Shown here: piece after piece, positions 20,090 to 30,131 of the stretch
Layout: every line of letters starts with the position of its first letter
Numbering within the stretch: position 1 is the first letter of the stretch
Source: an uncultured Gammaproteobacteria bacterium
GTDB taxonomy: Bacteria > Pseudomonadota > Gammaproteobacteria > DRLM01
DNA length: 64,000 bases
Direction of reading: 5' to 3'
Assembly (NCBI GenBank): GCA_963729605.1
Contig: CAVSNY010000002.1
Coordinates: 376,205 to 440,204, forward strand
Position numbers and translations under genes: made by a program
The notes under the pieces: model-generated
Database searches by the model: none
Told to the model about the DNA's origin: nothing
The model's input: only the letters and a program-made list of their open reading frames with translations

Positions 20090-21049
20090 TTATTCGGGCG
20101 CGGCGTTCACCGCCCGCGCCGCCGCGTGTTTCTTGAGCCAGCCGGCGATACGTTTGACCAGTGTCGTTTCACCGCCCGTAAAAAAATGATCGGCCCCCGG
20201 CAGTTCCATTTGCCGATAGGCAAATTCGGCCTTCGGCGGCGGAGATACGTCGGCGGCGGCCGGGTCTTGCGGCGAGTCGGATGGCGAATCGGCGGCGCGT
20301 GCCGCGTGGCCTTTGCGCGCCGCCAAGGCGCGGGCGGCGGCCTCTTGTTTTACCGCATCCAGGTCCTGGCTGCCGTAGATGTCGAGCATCGGCACGGCGA
20401 TTTTCTCCAACAGACCGGGCTGATAAGGCGTGGCGGCGGTATGCGGCGGCAGCCCCAGGCCTATCGCCACCAAGGCGGCGATCTTGTCGTTGTCCGCGCC
20501 GGCCAGGGCGGCCGTCGCCGCGGCGGCGCCCAGACCATGACCGATCACCACGATCTGCTTCAGGCCCTGTTGTTCGAGAAAGGCCGCCGCCGCGGCGATG
20601 CGCGGCGCGGCCGCCTCGAACACCGGTGCCAGTTCCCACTGGCGATCCGGGTTTTGCGCGGCGGCGGGCAGTTGAATGGAGAGGACCGCCCAGCCGGAGC
20701 GGGGCAGGTCGCGGCGCAAGGGCCGGATCACCTCCGGCCAGTCGGGGTGGGCGCCGAGGCCGTGCAGCAGGATGATGCCGCCTTGGGGATCGCCGGTGAG
20801 GGCCTCGGTGTACAGTCCCCAAAACCGCGTGCCCGCCGCCTCCAGCGATTCCGCGCGGCCCAGTTTGAGATGGACGATCAGCGGGTCTTCCGCTTTGGCG
20901 GCGTCGTCGGGTGCCGGCGGCGGTGACGGCGCGGCGACCGCTGCCGCGGCGGGCGGCTGGTCCGGCGTGGCGGCGTGCGCGTGGGTCAGGCCGAGCAGCG
21001 CGCCGGCCAAGATGAATAGACGGTAGTATCGTAGGTTGGATGGTTTCAT
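20090..21049 (-). CDS. Exported alpha/beta-hydrolase-fold protein (DUF3530-like)
   Basis: Signal peptide, IILLHG.GAHPDWP, GHGLGA (no nucleophile Ser), P.LDIYG, GADHFF. Confidence 0.7.
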   Translation of the reverse strand: MKPSNLRYYRLFILAGALLGLTHAHAATPDQPPAAAAVAAPSPPPAPDDAAKAEDPLIVHLKLGRAESLEAAGTRFWGLYTEALTGDPQGGIILLHGLGAHPDWPEVIRPLRRDLPRSGWAVLSIQLPAAAQNPDRQWELAPVFEAAAPRIAAAAAFLEQQGLKQIVVIGHGLGAAAATAALAGADNDKIAALVAIGLGLPPHTAATPYQPGLLEKIAVPMLDIYGSQDLDAVKQEAAARALAARKGHAARAADSPSDSPQDPAAADVSPPPKAEFAYRQMELPGADHFFTGGETTLVKRIAGWLKKHAAARAVNAAPE

Positions 21050-21225
21050 GGCAGTCCGTTGCGGAAGACGCTGTCTAGCGGATCGGCCCGCGCGGCGTCC
21101 ACTTTAACCCGGGGCCGAGTGAAAAAAGCCGCGCAATCGGGTAAAGTCGCAATTCTTGCCGGGCCGGCCGTGAAACGGCCGGCCCGGATTTATCCGTAGT
21201 GCCCTGATTCAATAGCGAGAGAGCC

Positions 21226-21918
21226 ATGTCCGATTACAAAATTGCCCCGTCGATCCTGTCGGCGGATTTCGCCCGGCTGGGCGAGGAAGTGAAAAACGTC
21301 CTGGCCGCCGGCGCCGACATCGTCCATTTCGACGTGATGGACAACCACTATGTGCCCAACCTCACCATCGGCCCGCTGGTGTGCGAGGCGCTGCGCAAAC
21401 ACGGCATCACGGCGGATATCGACGTGCACCTGATGGTGAAGCCGGTGGACCGCATCATCCCGGACTTCGCCAAGGCCGGCGCGACCTACATCACCTTCCA
21501 CCCCGAGGCCTCCGACCACATCGACCGCTCCTTGGCGCTGATCCGCGAATCGGGCTGTAAATCGGGTCTGGTGTTCAATCCCGCCACGCCGCTCGACTAT
21601 CTGAAATATGTGATGGATAAAGTGGACATGGTGTTGCTGATGTCGGTGAATCCCGGTTTCGGCGGCCAGAAGTTCATCCCCGCCACCTTGAACAAGCTGC
21701 GCGAGGCGCGCCGGATGATCGATGAGAGCGGTTATAAAATCCGCTTGGAGATCGACGGCGGCGTGAAGACCGACAACATCCGCGAAATCGCCGAGGCCGG
21801 CGCCGACACCTTCGTGGCCGGCTCCGCGGTGTTCAGCGCGGGCAAGGCGAGCGATCCGAATCGTTATGATTCCGTCATCGCCGCCATGCGTGCCGAGTTG
21901 GCCAAGGCCGGTAAATAA
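21226..21918 (+). CDS. rpe: Ribulose-phosphate 3-epimerase
   Basis: [36 protein letters not shown]. Confidence 0.98.
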   Translation: MSDYKIAPSILSADFARLGEEVKNVLAAGADIVHFDVMDNHYVPNLTIGPLVCEALRKHGITADIDVHLMVKPVDRIIPDFAKAGATYITFHPEASDHIDRSLALIRESGCKSGLVFNPATPLDYLKYVMDKVDMVLLMSVNPGFGGQKFIPATLNKLREARRMIDESGYKIRLEIDGGVKTDNIREIAEAGADTFVAGSAVFSAGKASDPNRYDSVIAAMRAELAKAGK

Positions 21919-21923
21919 TACGA

Positions 21924-22619
21924 GTGAGCGGCGCGGTGAGCATCAACAAACAACCCAAGATGGTATTGATCGACCTCGACGGCACCCTGGTGGACAGCGT
22001 GCCCGACCTCGCCTATTGCGTGGACGAGATGATGACGGTCTTGGGCCAATCCGCCCGCGGCGAAGCGCGAGTGCGGCACTGGGTGGGCAACGGTGTCGAG
22101 CGTTTGGTGAAGCGCGCGCTGCTCGACCGGCTGGACGGCGAGCCGGCCGCGGCGGATTTTCAGCGCGCCCTGCCGATCTTCATGGCCTTGTATAAAGACA
22201 ATGTCTCCAAGCGCAGCCAGCTTTATCCCGGCGTGAAGGACGGCCTGGAGTTTCTGCGCGGCGCCGGTTACAAGCTGGGCTGCATCACCAACAAGGCCGA
22301 GGCCTTCACCGTGCCCTTGCTGAAAGACCTCGGCGTCTACGATTATTTCCAGATCGTGGTGAGCGGCGACACCTTGCCGGTGAAAAAACCCGATCCCGCG
22401 CCCTTGCTGCACGCGGCGAAATTTTTCAATGTCGCCGCCGATCAGGCCTTGATGGTGGGCGATTCCATCAGCGACGTGCAGGCGGCGCGCAACGCCGGTT
22501 TCCAAATCGTGTGCCTGAGCTACGGCTACAACCACGGTGTCGATATCCGCGAGGCCCGGCCCGACGCGGTGATCGACTCCCTCGCGGAATTGTCCGGCCT
22601 GCTGGCCAAGGCCGCCTGA
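21924..22619 (+). CDS. gph: Phosphoglycolate phosphatase (HAD family)
   Basis: DLDGTLVDS, TNK, KKPDP, MVGDS, YGYNHG; rpe-gph-trpE synteny. Confidence 0.93.
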   Translation: MSGAVSINKQPKMVLIDLDGTLVDSVPDLAYCVDEMMTVLGQSARGEARVRHWVGNGVERLVKRALLDRLDGEPAAADFQRALPIFMALYKDNVSKRSQLYPGVKDGLEFLRGAGYKLGCITNKAEAFTVPLLKDLGVYDYFQIVVSGDTLPVKKPDPAPLLHAAKFFNVAADQALMVGDSISDVQAARNAGFQIVCLSYGYNHGVDIREARPDAVIDSLAELSGLLAKAA

Positions 22620-22634
22620 ACGGGACGATGAGTC

Positions 22635-22691
22635 ATGCGGCTTGAAACGACGTTAACCAACACAGCGCGGCTGTGGCGATGGCGCGGGTGA
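22635..22691 (+). CDS. trpL: trp leader peptide [18 protein letters not shown] (below the ORF-track length cutoff)
   Basis: 18-codon ORF with Trp-Arg-Trp just before the stop, ending 40 bp upstream of trpE. Confidence 0.75.
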   Translation: MRLETTLTNTARLWRWRG

Positions 22692-22713
22692 AGGCCCGCC
22701 GTCATCGGTTTTT
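22677..22713 (+). promoter_or_regulatory. trp attenuator hairpin
   Basis: CGATGGCG-CGGG pairs with CCCG-(C)-CGTCATCG, followed by GTTTTT; overlaps the second Trp codon and the stop of the leader. Confidence 0.65.
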
Positions 22714-22731
22714 GTCGCGTCGTTTTCGAGA

Positions 22732-24246
22732 GTGAGCAACATGAGTCCTGAACAATTTCGCGCCCTGGCGGACCAGGGTTACAACCGCATCCCCGTCATG
22801 CGCGAGGTGCTGGCGGATCTCGATACCCCGCTCAGTACCTATCTCAAATTGGCCGACGGCCCTTACTCCTATCTGCTGGAATCGGTGCAGGGCGGCGAGA
22901 AGTGGGGTCGTTATTCCATCATCGGCCTGCCCTGCCGCAATCGCATCGAAGTGCGCGGCCGACAGCTCACCCTGCTGCGCGACGGCGCGGCGGTGGAGAC
23001 CTTGCACAGCGACGACCCGTTGGCCTGGATTGAAAACTTCCACGCCCATCACCGTGTCCCCGAACTGCCCGGTCTGCCGCGCTTCACCGGCGGCCTGGTC
23101 GGCTACTTCGGCTACGACACCGTGCGCTACGTCGAACCGCGTTTGGCGGTGTGCCCCAATCCCGATAGCTTGAATACCCCGGACATCCTGCTGCTGATCT
23201 CCGACGAGGTGGTGGTGTTCGACAATCTGCGCGGCAAGTTGTACGTGGTGGTGCACGCCAATCCCGCCGCGGCCGATGCCTATGCGCGGGCGCAGGCCCG
23301 CCTCGCGGAATTGGTGCGGCACATGCAGCAAGCCGCGCCGCTGTACGGGCGCGGCCGGCGCGCCGCTACCGTGCACGGCGAGGCGGATTTCGTCTCGGAC
23401 TTCACTCGCGAAAAATTCGAGGCGGCGGTGGCGCGGGTCAAGGATTACATCCTCGCCGGCGACGTGATGCAGGTGGTGTTGTCGCAGCGCTTATCCATCC
23501 CCTTCGCCGCCGCGCCGCTGGATTTGTACCGCGCCCTGCGCAGCCTCAATCCCTCGCCCTATCTTTTTTATTTGCACCTCGGCGATTTTCAGATCGTCGG
23601 CTCGTCGCCGGAGATTCTGGTGCACGTCGAACACGGCATGGTCACCGTGCGGCCCATCGCCGGCACGCGCAAACGCGGCGCCGACGAGGCCGAAGACCGC
23701 GCCCTCGAACAGGACCTGCTCGCCGATCCCAAAGAACGCGCCGAACACCTGATGCTCATCGACCTCGGCCGCAACGACGTGGGCCGCGTCGCGCAAGTCG
23801 GCAGCGTGGCGGTCACCGAGCGCATGGCGGTGGAACGTTATTCGCACGTGATGCACATCGTCTCCAACGTCACCGGCCGCTTGCGGCCCGGCACCGGCGC
23901 GATCGCCGCGCTGCGCGCCACCTTTCCCGCCGGCACCTTGAGCGGCGCGCCCAAGATACGCGCGATGGAGATCATCGACGAATTGGAACCGGTGAAGCGC
24001 GGCATCTACGGCGGCGCGGTCGGCTACCTCGGCTGGAACGGCAATATGGACACCGCCATCGCGATCCGCACCGCCGTGATCAAAGACGGCGCTTTGCATA
24101 TTCAAGCCGGCGCCGGCATCGTCGCCGACTCCGTGCCCGCCAGCGAATGGGAAGAGACCATGAACAAAGGCCGCGCCATCTTCCGCGCGGTGGCGATGGC
24201 GGAGGCGGGTTTGGACGGCGGCGCCGCGGCGCCGCGGGCAGGGTAA
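22732..24246 (+). CDS. trpE: Anthranilate synthase component I (start 22732 or 22741)
   Basis: [50 protein letters not shown]. Confidence 0.97.
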   Translation: MSNMSPEQFRALADQGYNRIPVMREVLADLDTPLSTYLKLADGPYSYLLESVQGGEKWGRYSIIGLPCRNRIEVRGRQLTLLRDGAAVETLHSDDPLAWIENFHAHHRVPELPGLPRFTGGLVGYFGYDTVRYVEPRLAVCPNPDSLNTPDILLLISDEVVVFDNLRGKLYVVVHANPAAADAYARAQARLAELVRHMQQAAPLYGRGRRAATVHGEADFVSDFTREKFEAAVARVKDYILAGDVMQVVLSQRLSIPFAAAPLDLYRALRSLNPSPYLFYLHLGDFQIVGSSPEILVHVEHGMVTVRPIAGTRKRGADEAEDRALEQDLLADPKERAEHLMLIDLGRNDVGRVAQVGSVAVTERMAVERYSHVMHIVSNVTGRLRPGTGAIAALRATFPAGTLSGAPKIRAMEIIDELEPVKRGIYGGAVGYLGWNGNMDTAIAIRTAVIKDGALHIQAGAGIVADSVPASEWEETMNKGRAIFRAVAMAEAGLDGGAAAPRAG

Positions 24247-24250
24247 TGTC

Positions 24251-24271
24251 ATGTTGTTGATGATCGATAAT
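24251..24271 (+). pseudogene. trpG: Disrupted 5' end of trpG (MLLMIDN), forming attL of island 1
   Basis: ATGTTGTTGATGATCGATAAT 4 bp after the trpE stop; matches the TrpG/PabA N-terminus MLLMIDNYDSF and then diverges. Confidence 0.85.
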
Positions 24272-24320
24272 CTGCATCGCGGTTTTTCTTGATCCGCCAA
24301 CGTCCAATGAGTAGACCATA

Positions 24321-24350
24321 AGGCCCCGATTCAAGGGGCTTTTGTTTGTT
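24321..24350 (+). terminator. Terminator-like hairpin just inside attL
   Basis: AGGCCCC-GATTCAA-GGGGCTT followed by TTGTTTGTT. Confidence 0.55.
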
Positions 24351-24386
24351 GACGTTCGATGCTGTTCATTGGCATCCAGAACAAAA

Positions 24387-24443
24387 GCGGGTATCGTTGC
24401 GGGTATCAAAACAACATATAAGCATCACAGGTTTGATACCCAC
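24387..24443. promoter_or_regulatory. Putative integrase arm-type sites, left end of island 1
   Basis: GCGGGTA-N5-GCGGGTA (24387-24405) plus inverted TACCCAC (24437-24443) abutting the int ATG. Confidence 0.65.
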
Positions 24444-25667
24444 ATGTTGACCGACACCAAAATCCGCAATGCCAAGCCTGGCGACAAACCGATTAAGCTT
24501 CCTGACAGTAACGGGCTGTATCTCGAAGTGCGGCCGACAGGAGCGAAGTTGTGGCGATACCGCTACCGCATCGCGGGCAAGGAGAATGTCTTTGCCGTAG
24601 GCGAATATCCTGCGATTGGATTGGCAGAGGCGAGGGCAATCCGAGCCGATGCACGGGAGTTGGTGAAACAAGGTATTCACCCCGCGCATGACCGCAAGGC
24701 ATGCATGGCGGCGCAAGTTGCAGAGAACGCCAACACCTTCAAGGCCGTTGCGGTGGAATGGGCCGAGCAACGCAAGAAGAAGTGGACGCCCTATTATGCC
24801 CGGCAAGTTGATCGCTTCCTGAATACCGATGTTTATCCCTACATCGGCACCTTGCCGATCCGCAACGTGACGGCGGCGCACCTGTTGGAAATCGTCAAGC
24901 GAATTGAGAAGCGCGGCGCGGAGACTGTTGCGTTGGTGGTCCGCCAGTGGTGTAGCGCAATCTTTCGCTATGCCGTGGCAACGCTGCGAGCAGACCACGA
25001 TCCGGCGGCTACTTTAAAGGGAGCAATTCACCGACCAAAGGTCGAACATCATAAGCCCCTATCCCGCGAACAGGTGGCAACCTTCGTGAAGGCGCTTGAT
25101 GATTATGGTGGCTATCGGACTACGGTTATTGCGCTACGTCTAATGTTGCTCACCTTTGTGCGCACTGTGGAGCTACGGGCGGCGCAGTGGGCGGAAATTG
25201 ATCTAGACCGGGCGGAGTGGCGCATACCGGCTGAGCGCATGAAGATGCGGGAGCCGCACTTTGTTCCCTTGTCGCATCAAGCGGTGGAATTGTTGCGGGA
25301 GCTAAACACGTACACCGGAGGGCGCGATTTTTTGTTTCCAAATTACCGCAGCCCTAGAGCCTGCATGACGCCAACTACGCTTAATCGGGCGCTGGAACGT
25401 ATGGGCTTTAATGGCAAGGACAGCATAGGCTTTTCTGCTCACGGCTTCCGTGCGACGGCATCGACCATCCTTAATGAAATGGGTTTTCGCCCTGATGTGA
25501 TCGAGCGCCAACTCGCCCATAAAGAACGAAATAAGGTGCGAGCGGCTTATAACCAAGCCGAGTACCTGGAAGAACGGCGGGCGATGATGCAGCAATGGGC
25601 GGACTACCTCAATAGGCTAGTGGTTGGTGCCGAGGTGATGCCTATTCGTGGAGCTAGAATAGCGTGA
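24444..25667 (+). CDS. P4-like tyrosine integrase with arm-binding domain
   Basis: MLTDTKIRNAKP...DSNGLYL N-terminus; catalytic R (VRTVE), HGFR, LAH, Y (AAYN). Confidence 0.95.
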   Translation: MLTDTKIRNAKPGDKPIKLPDSNGLYLEVRPTGAKLWRYRYRIAGKENVFAVGEYPAIGLAEARAIRADARELVKQGIHPAHDRKACMAAQVAENANTFKAVAVEWAEQRKKKWTPYYARQVDRFLNTDVYPYIGTLPIRNVTAAHLLEIVKRIEKRGAETVALVVRQWCSAIFRYAVATLRADHDPAATLKGAIHRPKVEHHKPLSREQVATFVKALDDYGGYRTTVIALRLMLLTFVRTVELRAAQWAEIDLDRAEWRIPAERMKMREPHFVPLSHQAVELLRELNTYTGGRDFLFPNYRSPRACMTPTTLNRALERMGFNGKDSIGFSAHGFRATASTILNEMGFRPDVIERQLAHKERNKVRAAYNQAEYLEERRAMMQQWADYLNRLVVGAEVMPIRGARIA

Positions 25668-26881
25668 CGGCGAGGTCCTCGGACTCTCTTGTTACTTATC
25701 TCCTCGATCGAACGGATCAGCACGTCGTCTGAGCTCCGGCCATAGAAGAACACCCGAGGAAGTGACACACAGAAGCGTGAGCACAGTTCCTTGCGCAAGG
25801 GCGACAGGAGATGCGTTAAGCCCAGACATGCTGCGATCCATGTTGTGCACGACGATGCCGCCGAACGCCAAGAGTGGAAAAGAGCAGTGCTGCCGCGCCA
25901 ATCCAGCGGCAAATCATTTGTGCGACGGGATATCGATTTGGTATCGCCGCGGGGACCCACAGCGGCGTGGCGAAGACCATACCAACCAGGAACCAGAACG
26001 TAGCGGCAGTGTAGCTTTCCGGTTCCACTGCACGAGAGAAGTCGCCGCCCAAAAGCGCTATGAACCCACCACATAGTGCGGTGGTGGTGGGTAGGAAGAA
26101 TCGGGCCTATAGTGGCATTTGCGCTGCTCTAACGATAATTGCCGTAGGGAAAAGCTGAACAGCAACCTCTAAAATGGACAATACAGCCTCATTAGCCACC
26201 AGAACAGCTGAGACGCCTTTCCCCGTTTCTGGCTTGAGCTCCCCCCAAGTCCCAATTTCCACAAGGCTTGAGGAACCCACATCACCCGCACTTGACAAGA
26301 TCGCTGTCGGTAAATATTCTGCGGTTTGACCCGCGCGAACCTTGGTTGACCCTGGGCAATCGGAGCCCAGAAGTGCCAAGAACAGCGCGGGTTTTATTTT
26401 GGTCGATGCACCGCAACTTCCCTTCATCCGCCCAGCGCTGTGCCGGGATCTTCCCGGTCCTGTCATACGTTGATAAGCATGCTCACTTCGACATGACTAA
26501 GCGCGGTCTTTAGCTACGCAATCATCATCACGGGATAGCCGCGAACAGGCTCAGGCGCATGAAGGCCAAGCGATCAGGAACGGTATTGGAGTGGATCCTG
26601 ATGCGGTTAGTATCTCTTTGTCGTCCCGGCCTGAATGGGCTCGTCGTCGCTCTCAATGTCCTTCATCGTGAAAACGCTCCGCTACTTCAGTTGATTTTCT
26701 GCTGCCTTCCTCGTAATTTGAACTTGCTAGTTTGTGCCCTATGGAACTGCTGTGCGCAAGTGCCCCGATAATTCCTCCAACATACGATGGCCAACCTTAA
26801 GAAGCAAAGGAGAAAGACAACTAGAGCGCAAGGAGTGCGCCGGTCTTCGGCATTGATACGCAAATAGGAGATATAGAGTTA

Positions 26882-27655
26882 GTGAGTGTCCAGAAAAAGA
26901 AAGCCAGAAAGTCTAGGAAGAATGCATTCGCCGAAGCTGCGAACATAGCGCCTCTTAAAAAAATTATTTTCGATTTTCCCGCTGATAGATCTGGCGAATT
27001 TGTGATCAGCTGTAGTCAGTTAACCCGAGTCGAACGTCAGATTCTCCGAGGGATGGTGGACCTTCATTACCAATTGTTCAGCGTTGTTTGGGTGACCAAC
27101 AAACTTCCCCATGGCGATTTATCATCCTTGATGGTGATTGCGTTTGATGCCGAGTTAAGAAAGGCTGATATTGAGGCTTGTATTGATCGTATATGGGGTA
27201 CATCCTTTGACGAAGTGCTGTCTCCAGAGACGGATAAAGCAGTCGCGCAGATTTTTAGCGATGTGGCTGCTCTTGCCGCGGCCAATGCGCTTCGTGCACT
27301 CACTTCGCTGGAAGCAAAGGATTACGAACGTTGCATCGCATGCCACACGCGCGCCGTAAGACTAGCTCAACTAATGGCAGAGGCAGTTCGGCGTATTGAT
27401 ATCTTTTTCGAAGCAGAGCCGCGAATCAGTTTCTCCAGGCTTGGAACGGCTGGCGCAAAAAAACGCCATGCACCAATGGCCGAGCTTCGCAAGTGGGCGG
27501 TGGAGCAATACCGCAAGGGAACGTGGCGGTCTGCGAATCAGGCAGCACATGTGTTAAAGGCAGCAATAATTGCTCACGGGCGCAGTATCAATGCCCATCT
27601 TTCAGAAGAAAATGCGCAGCGCACAATTGCGGATTGGTTCCGCGCGTCTGTTTAG
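26882..27655 (+). CDS. Hypothetical protein with a possible C-terminal DNA-binding helical domain
   Basis: 257-aa ORF preceded by AGGAGA, directly upstream of alpA; basic C-terminus. Confidence 0.6.
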   Translation: MSVQKKKARKSRKNAFAEAANIAPLKKIIFDFPADRSGEFVISCSQLTRVERQILRGMVDLHYQLFSVVWVTNKLPHGDLSSLMVIAFDAELRKADIEACIDRIWGTSFDEVLSPETDKAVAQIFSDVAALAAANALRALTSLEAKDYERCIACHTRAVRLAQLMAEAVRRIDIFFEAEPRISFSRLGTAGAKKRHAPMAELRKWAVEQYRKGTWRSANQAAHVLKAAIIAHGRSINAHLSEENAQRTIADWFRASV

Positions 27656-27774
27656 CTGCTACACCGACACGCCAAGCGGCTATGGTGGCTCAGCTATCAG
27701 CTTATCCGCATTTATCCACCGAGCACCCTAGAAATACGATGCAGCCGTCTCACATTGAACGAGGACGGACGCAA

Positions 27775-27999
27775 ATGAATCCCAAACTTCCCGAAACCGG
27801 CTATCTCCGGCTTTCTCAAATAATCGGTAATCCAAAAGCAAACCCGCCTATTCCCGCCCTGATACCGGTCGGCAAATCGACCTGGTGGGAGGGTGTTAAA
27901 ACCGGCCGTTATCCAGCGCCAACTAAAACGTTGGGCCGCAGAATTACGGCCTGGCACGTGGAGGACATCCGTGCCTTGATCGAGAGGAGCCGGCCATGA
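27775..27999 (+). CDS. AlpA-family regulator / recombination directionality factor
   Basis: GAGG RBS; MNPKLPETGYLRL.QI...IPVGKSTWW.GV..GRYP.P..LG.R.TAW..EDI. Confidence 0.88.
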   Translation: MNPKLPETGYLRLSQIIGNPKANPPIPALIPVGKSTWWEGVKTGRYPAPTKTLGRRITAWHVEDIRALIERSRP

Positions 28000-28499
28000 G
28001 TCTTCCGATTAATGACGCCTGCAGGCTCGCGGAGACTCAACACGGCTGGGCTATTCAGCGTATCCACACGAGAAAACACGGACGTACCCGCGAGGCGCTG
28101 GAAGCGTGGAAGGACATGCACTGGTTCACCTCAATTGAGGTCGACGTCCTTGCCGAGCTGTTGCTGACGACATCTGACGTAGAGACCGTAGCCGAGGCAT
28201 TGGCTGAGGCTAAAAACGTCGCGGCAATGCTTGGTCAAGCGCTGCATCCGCACGTTGAGGTGGCTATGAGAGGATTGCCGATGAGCGGAGAGACCTGCCC
28301 CGGCTTCACGGCGCCAACCCAGAGGCACGACACGGAGCAAGCGTTACCCTTTTTGACTTCGGCTTGGTCGGATGATCTGGCCATGCGGTTGGCACGTTTC
28401 GTCAGCGCGTTGGGCACCGGTCATGGGCTTGCGGGTTTCATGCTGTCGCAGGTGTGGAACCATTGCCAATGCTCCCGACGCGTGGGGTTTTTGTCATGA
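27996..28499 (+). CDS. Hypothetical protein
   Basis: ATGA overlaps with both neighbours (translational coupling). Confidence 0.55.
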   Translation: MSLPINDACRLAETQHGWAIQRIHTRKHGRTREALEAWKDMHWFTSIEVDVLAELLLTTSDVETVAEALAEAKNVAAMLGQALHPHVEVAMRGLPMSGETCPGFTAPTQRHDTEQALPFLTSAWSDDLAMRLARFVSALGTGHGLAGFMLSQVWNHCQCSRRVGFLS

Positions 28500-28975
28500 G
28501 TCGCAATAGACTTAGGACCAAGGGTCGCAAGGAAATCGGTTCTTTTGTTGCCTTGCCGCATGCCGTCTTAGAACACCCGAACTTCACAAAGCTGAGCCCC
28601 CGCGCCGTAAAGCTTCTGATAGACATCTACGCTCAATATCGCGGCAACAACAACGGCGACCTTTGCGCCGCCTTCACCATTATGAAAACACGTGGGTGGA
28701 CATCAAAGGATCAGTTGCAAAAAGCCAAAGACGAACTGCTGGAGGTGGGCTGGCTGATCGTCACCCGCCAAGGCGGCCGCAACAAGCCCACGCTGTACGC
28801 CGTTACGTTCCAACCCATCGACGAGTGCAAAGGCAAGCTGGACGTGAACCCCACAGCCGCCCCTCCCGGGAATTGGAAGAATTTCCCTTCCGAAGTTAAA
28901 AGCAGTGCCCCAAATACGGGGCAAGTTGGTTCTCATGGCGGGGCAATTGTAACCCAATTTAGAAAAACAGCATGA
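28496..28975 (+). CDS. Winged-HTH protein of phage-satellite/island type (possibly replication related)
   Basis: F.ALPH.VL..P.F..LS..A.KLL...Y.G.NNGDL...EL...G.L..TRQG pattern. Confidence 0.65.
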   Translation: MSRNRLRTKGRKEIGSFVALPHAVLEHPNFTKLSPRAVKLLIDIYAQYRGNNNGDLCAAFTIMKTRGWTSKDQLQKAKDELLEVGWLIVTRQGGRNKPTLYAVTFQPIDECKGKLDVNPTAAPPGNWKNFPSEVKSSAPNTGQVGSHGGAIVTQFRKTA

Positions 28976-29352
28976 TCATTAGCCCGCACGGCGGACCAGT
29001 CCTACCCTTTTTGGAGATTTCGCTGCCCCGTGCGACGGACCCCTTTATATATTTACCAAGGGGGTTACTGCTAGTGACATACACAGACGTAGTAATGACC
29101 AAGCATTTTGACCTTGCCTCGGAACATGGAAAAGAGAATCGGCTAGGAACGGACAGCAGCTGACATGAGCCCCTAACCTGTTATTAAATGTTATGGTAGA
29201 AAGCGACGCTACACGAGAATTCAACCTATCGCCAAAGCTCTTTGCTGTGGTTTAACGGCTTACAGGTATCACAGACAGATCAAAAGGAGACGTTATGACT
29301 TGGCGGCAAAGTCTGACTATCGGAGAAGTACGCGCGCGTGCGCGTGCGCGTC

Positions 29353-29565
29353 ATGGGGTTCGGGATGAGACGATCTAAACAGCGCTGCGGTGCTCGCACC
29401 CGCCGAGGCACCGAGTGCCTTGCCTCGGCACTCGCGAATGGCCGGTGTCGGCTGCACGGCGGATTATCGACCGGTCCCAAAACACTGACGGGCCGGCGGG
29501 CCGCACTAGCCAATTTAAAGCAATTCCGGAAATCAGCTGCGAACGATAATAAGGAGAATGGCTAA
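29353..29565 (+). CDS. HGGxSTG-domain protein
   Basis: RCGARTRRGTEC...NGRCRLHGGLSTGPKT..G. Confidence 0.8.
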   Translation: MGFGMRRSKQRCGARTRRGTECLASALANGRCRLHGGLSTGPKTLTGRRAALANLKQFRKSAANDNKENG

Positions 29566-30131
29566 TCGTTCAGTGTTCAGTGCCATAAGGCATATCTGAC
29601 CAAAAGGCGGAGCACCAAATCGACACCTCGCGTGCGCACATAGACGTGAAGGGAAGAGGACGGTTTCTGCATGAAGGCTTTTTCCAGGTTGTCTCCATTG
29701 GTCGCGTATCCCCAAAGCCTTTCGCGCGGGACATCAACCTTGAACGGAGAACTGAACCCCGCCGATATTCGCGAAGACTCATTTCATGAGGGGATGGAGT
29801 TCCAGGAGACTCCCGCGGAAGTGTAGCGATCAGTCAGACATGAAAGGTAAGTAAAACTCCCAGTTGCTGTAGAGGTATCTTTGCGGCACGCTTGTGTGGC
29901 GCACGGTCTTCCACTAACGGCATGGATGCCCCCGGGTAGCAGTCCCACTAGTATTAACACCCTGCTTGTGCGCCAGCTGTCAAACGGTAGTGACACATCC
30001 GTGGCACGAGCGAAAAAATCGCTGCGAGGGCGGTGACCGGCACCGGCTCCGTACTAAGGGGCCTCTGTAAATCAGCGTTATAGGTAGGGCGAAGAGTGAG
30101 GCGTTGCACACGAAATATTCGAGGAGAAAAT

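Noticed and set aside
295-24300. Long antisense or alternate-frame ORFs over his, act and trp genes (e.g. 295-1590, 11235-12623, 12583-13887, 23491-24300)
   Set aside because: Shadow ORFs expected from high-GC codon bias; the opposite strand carries clearly recognisable genes
25692-26771. Several 70-156 aa ORFs downstream of integrase 1, and a hairpin at 26064-26092
   Set aside because: No RBS, motif or protein-like composition that I can support; treated as debris
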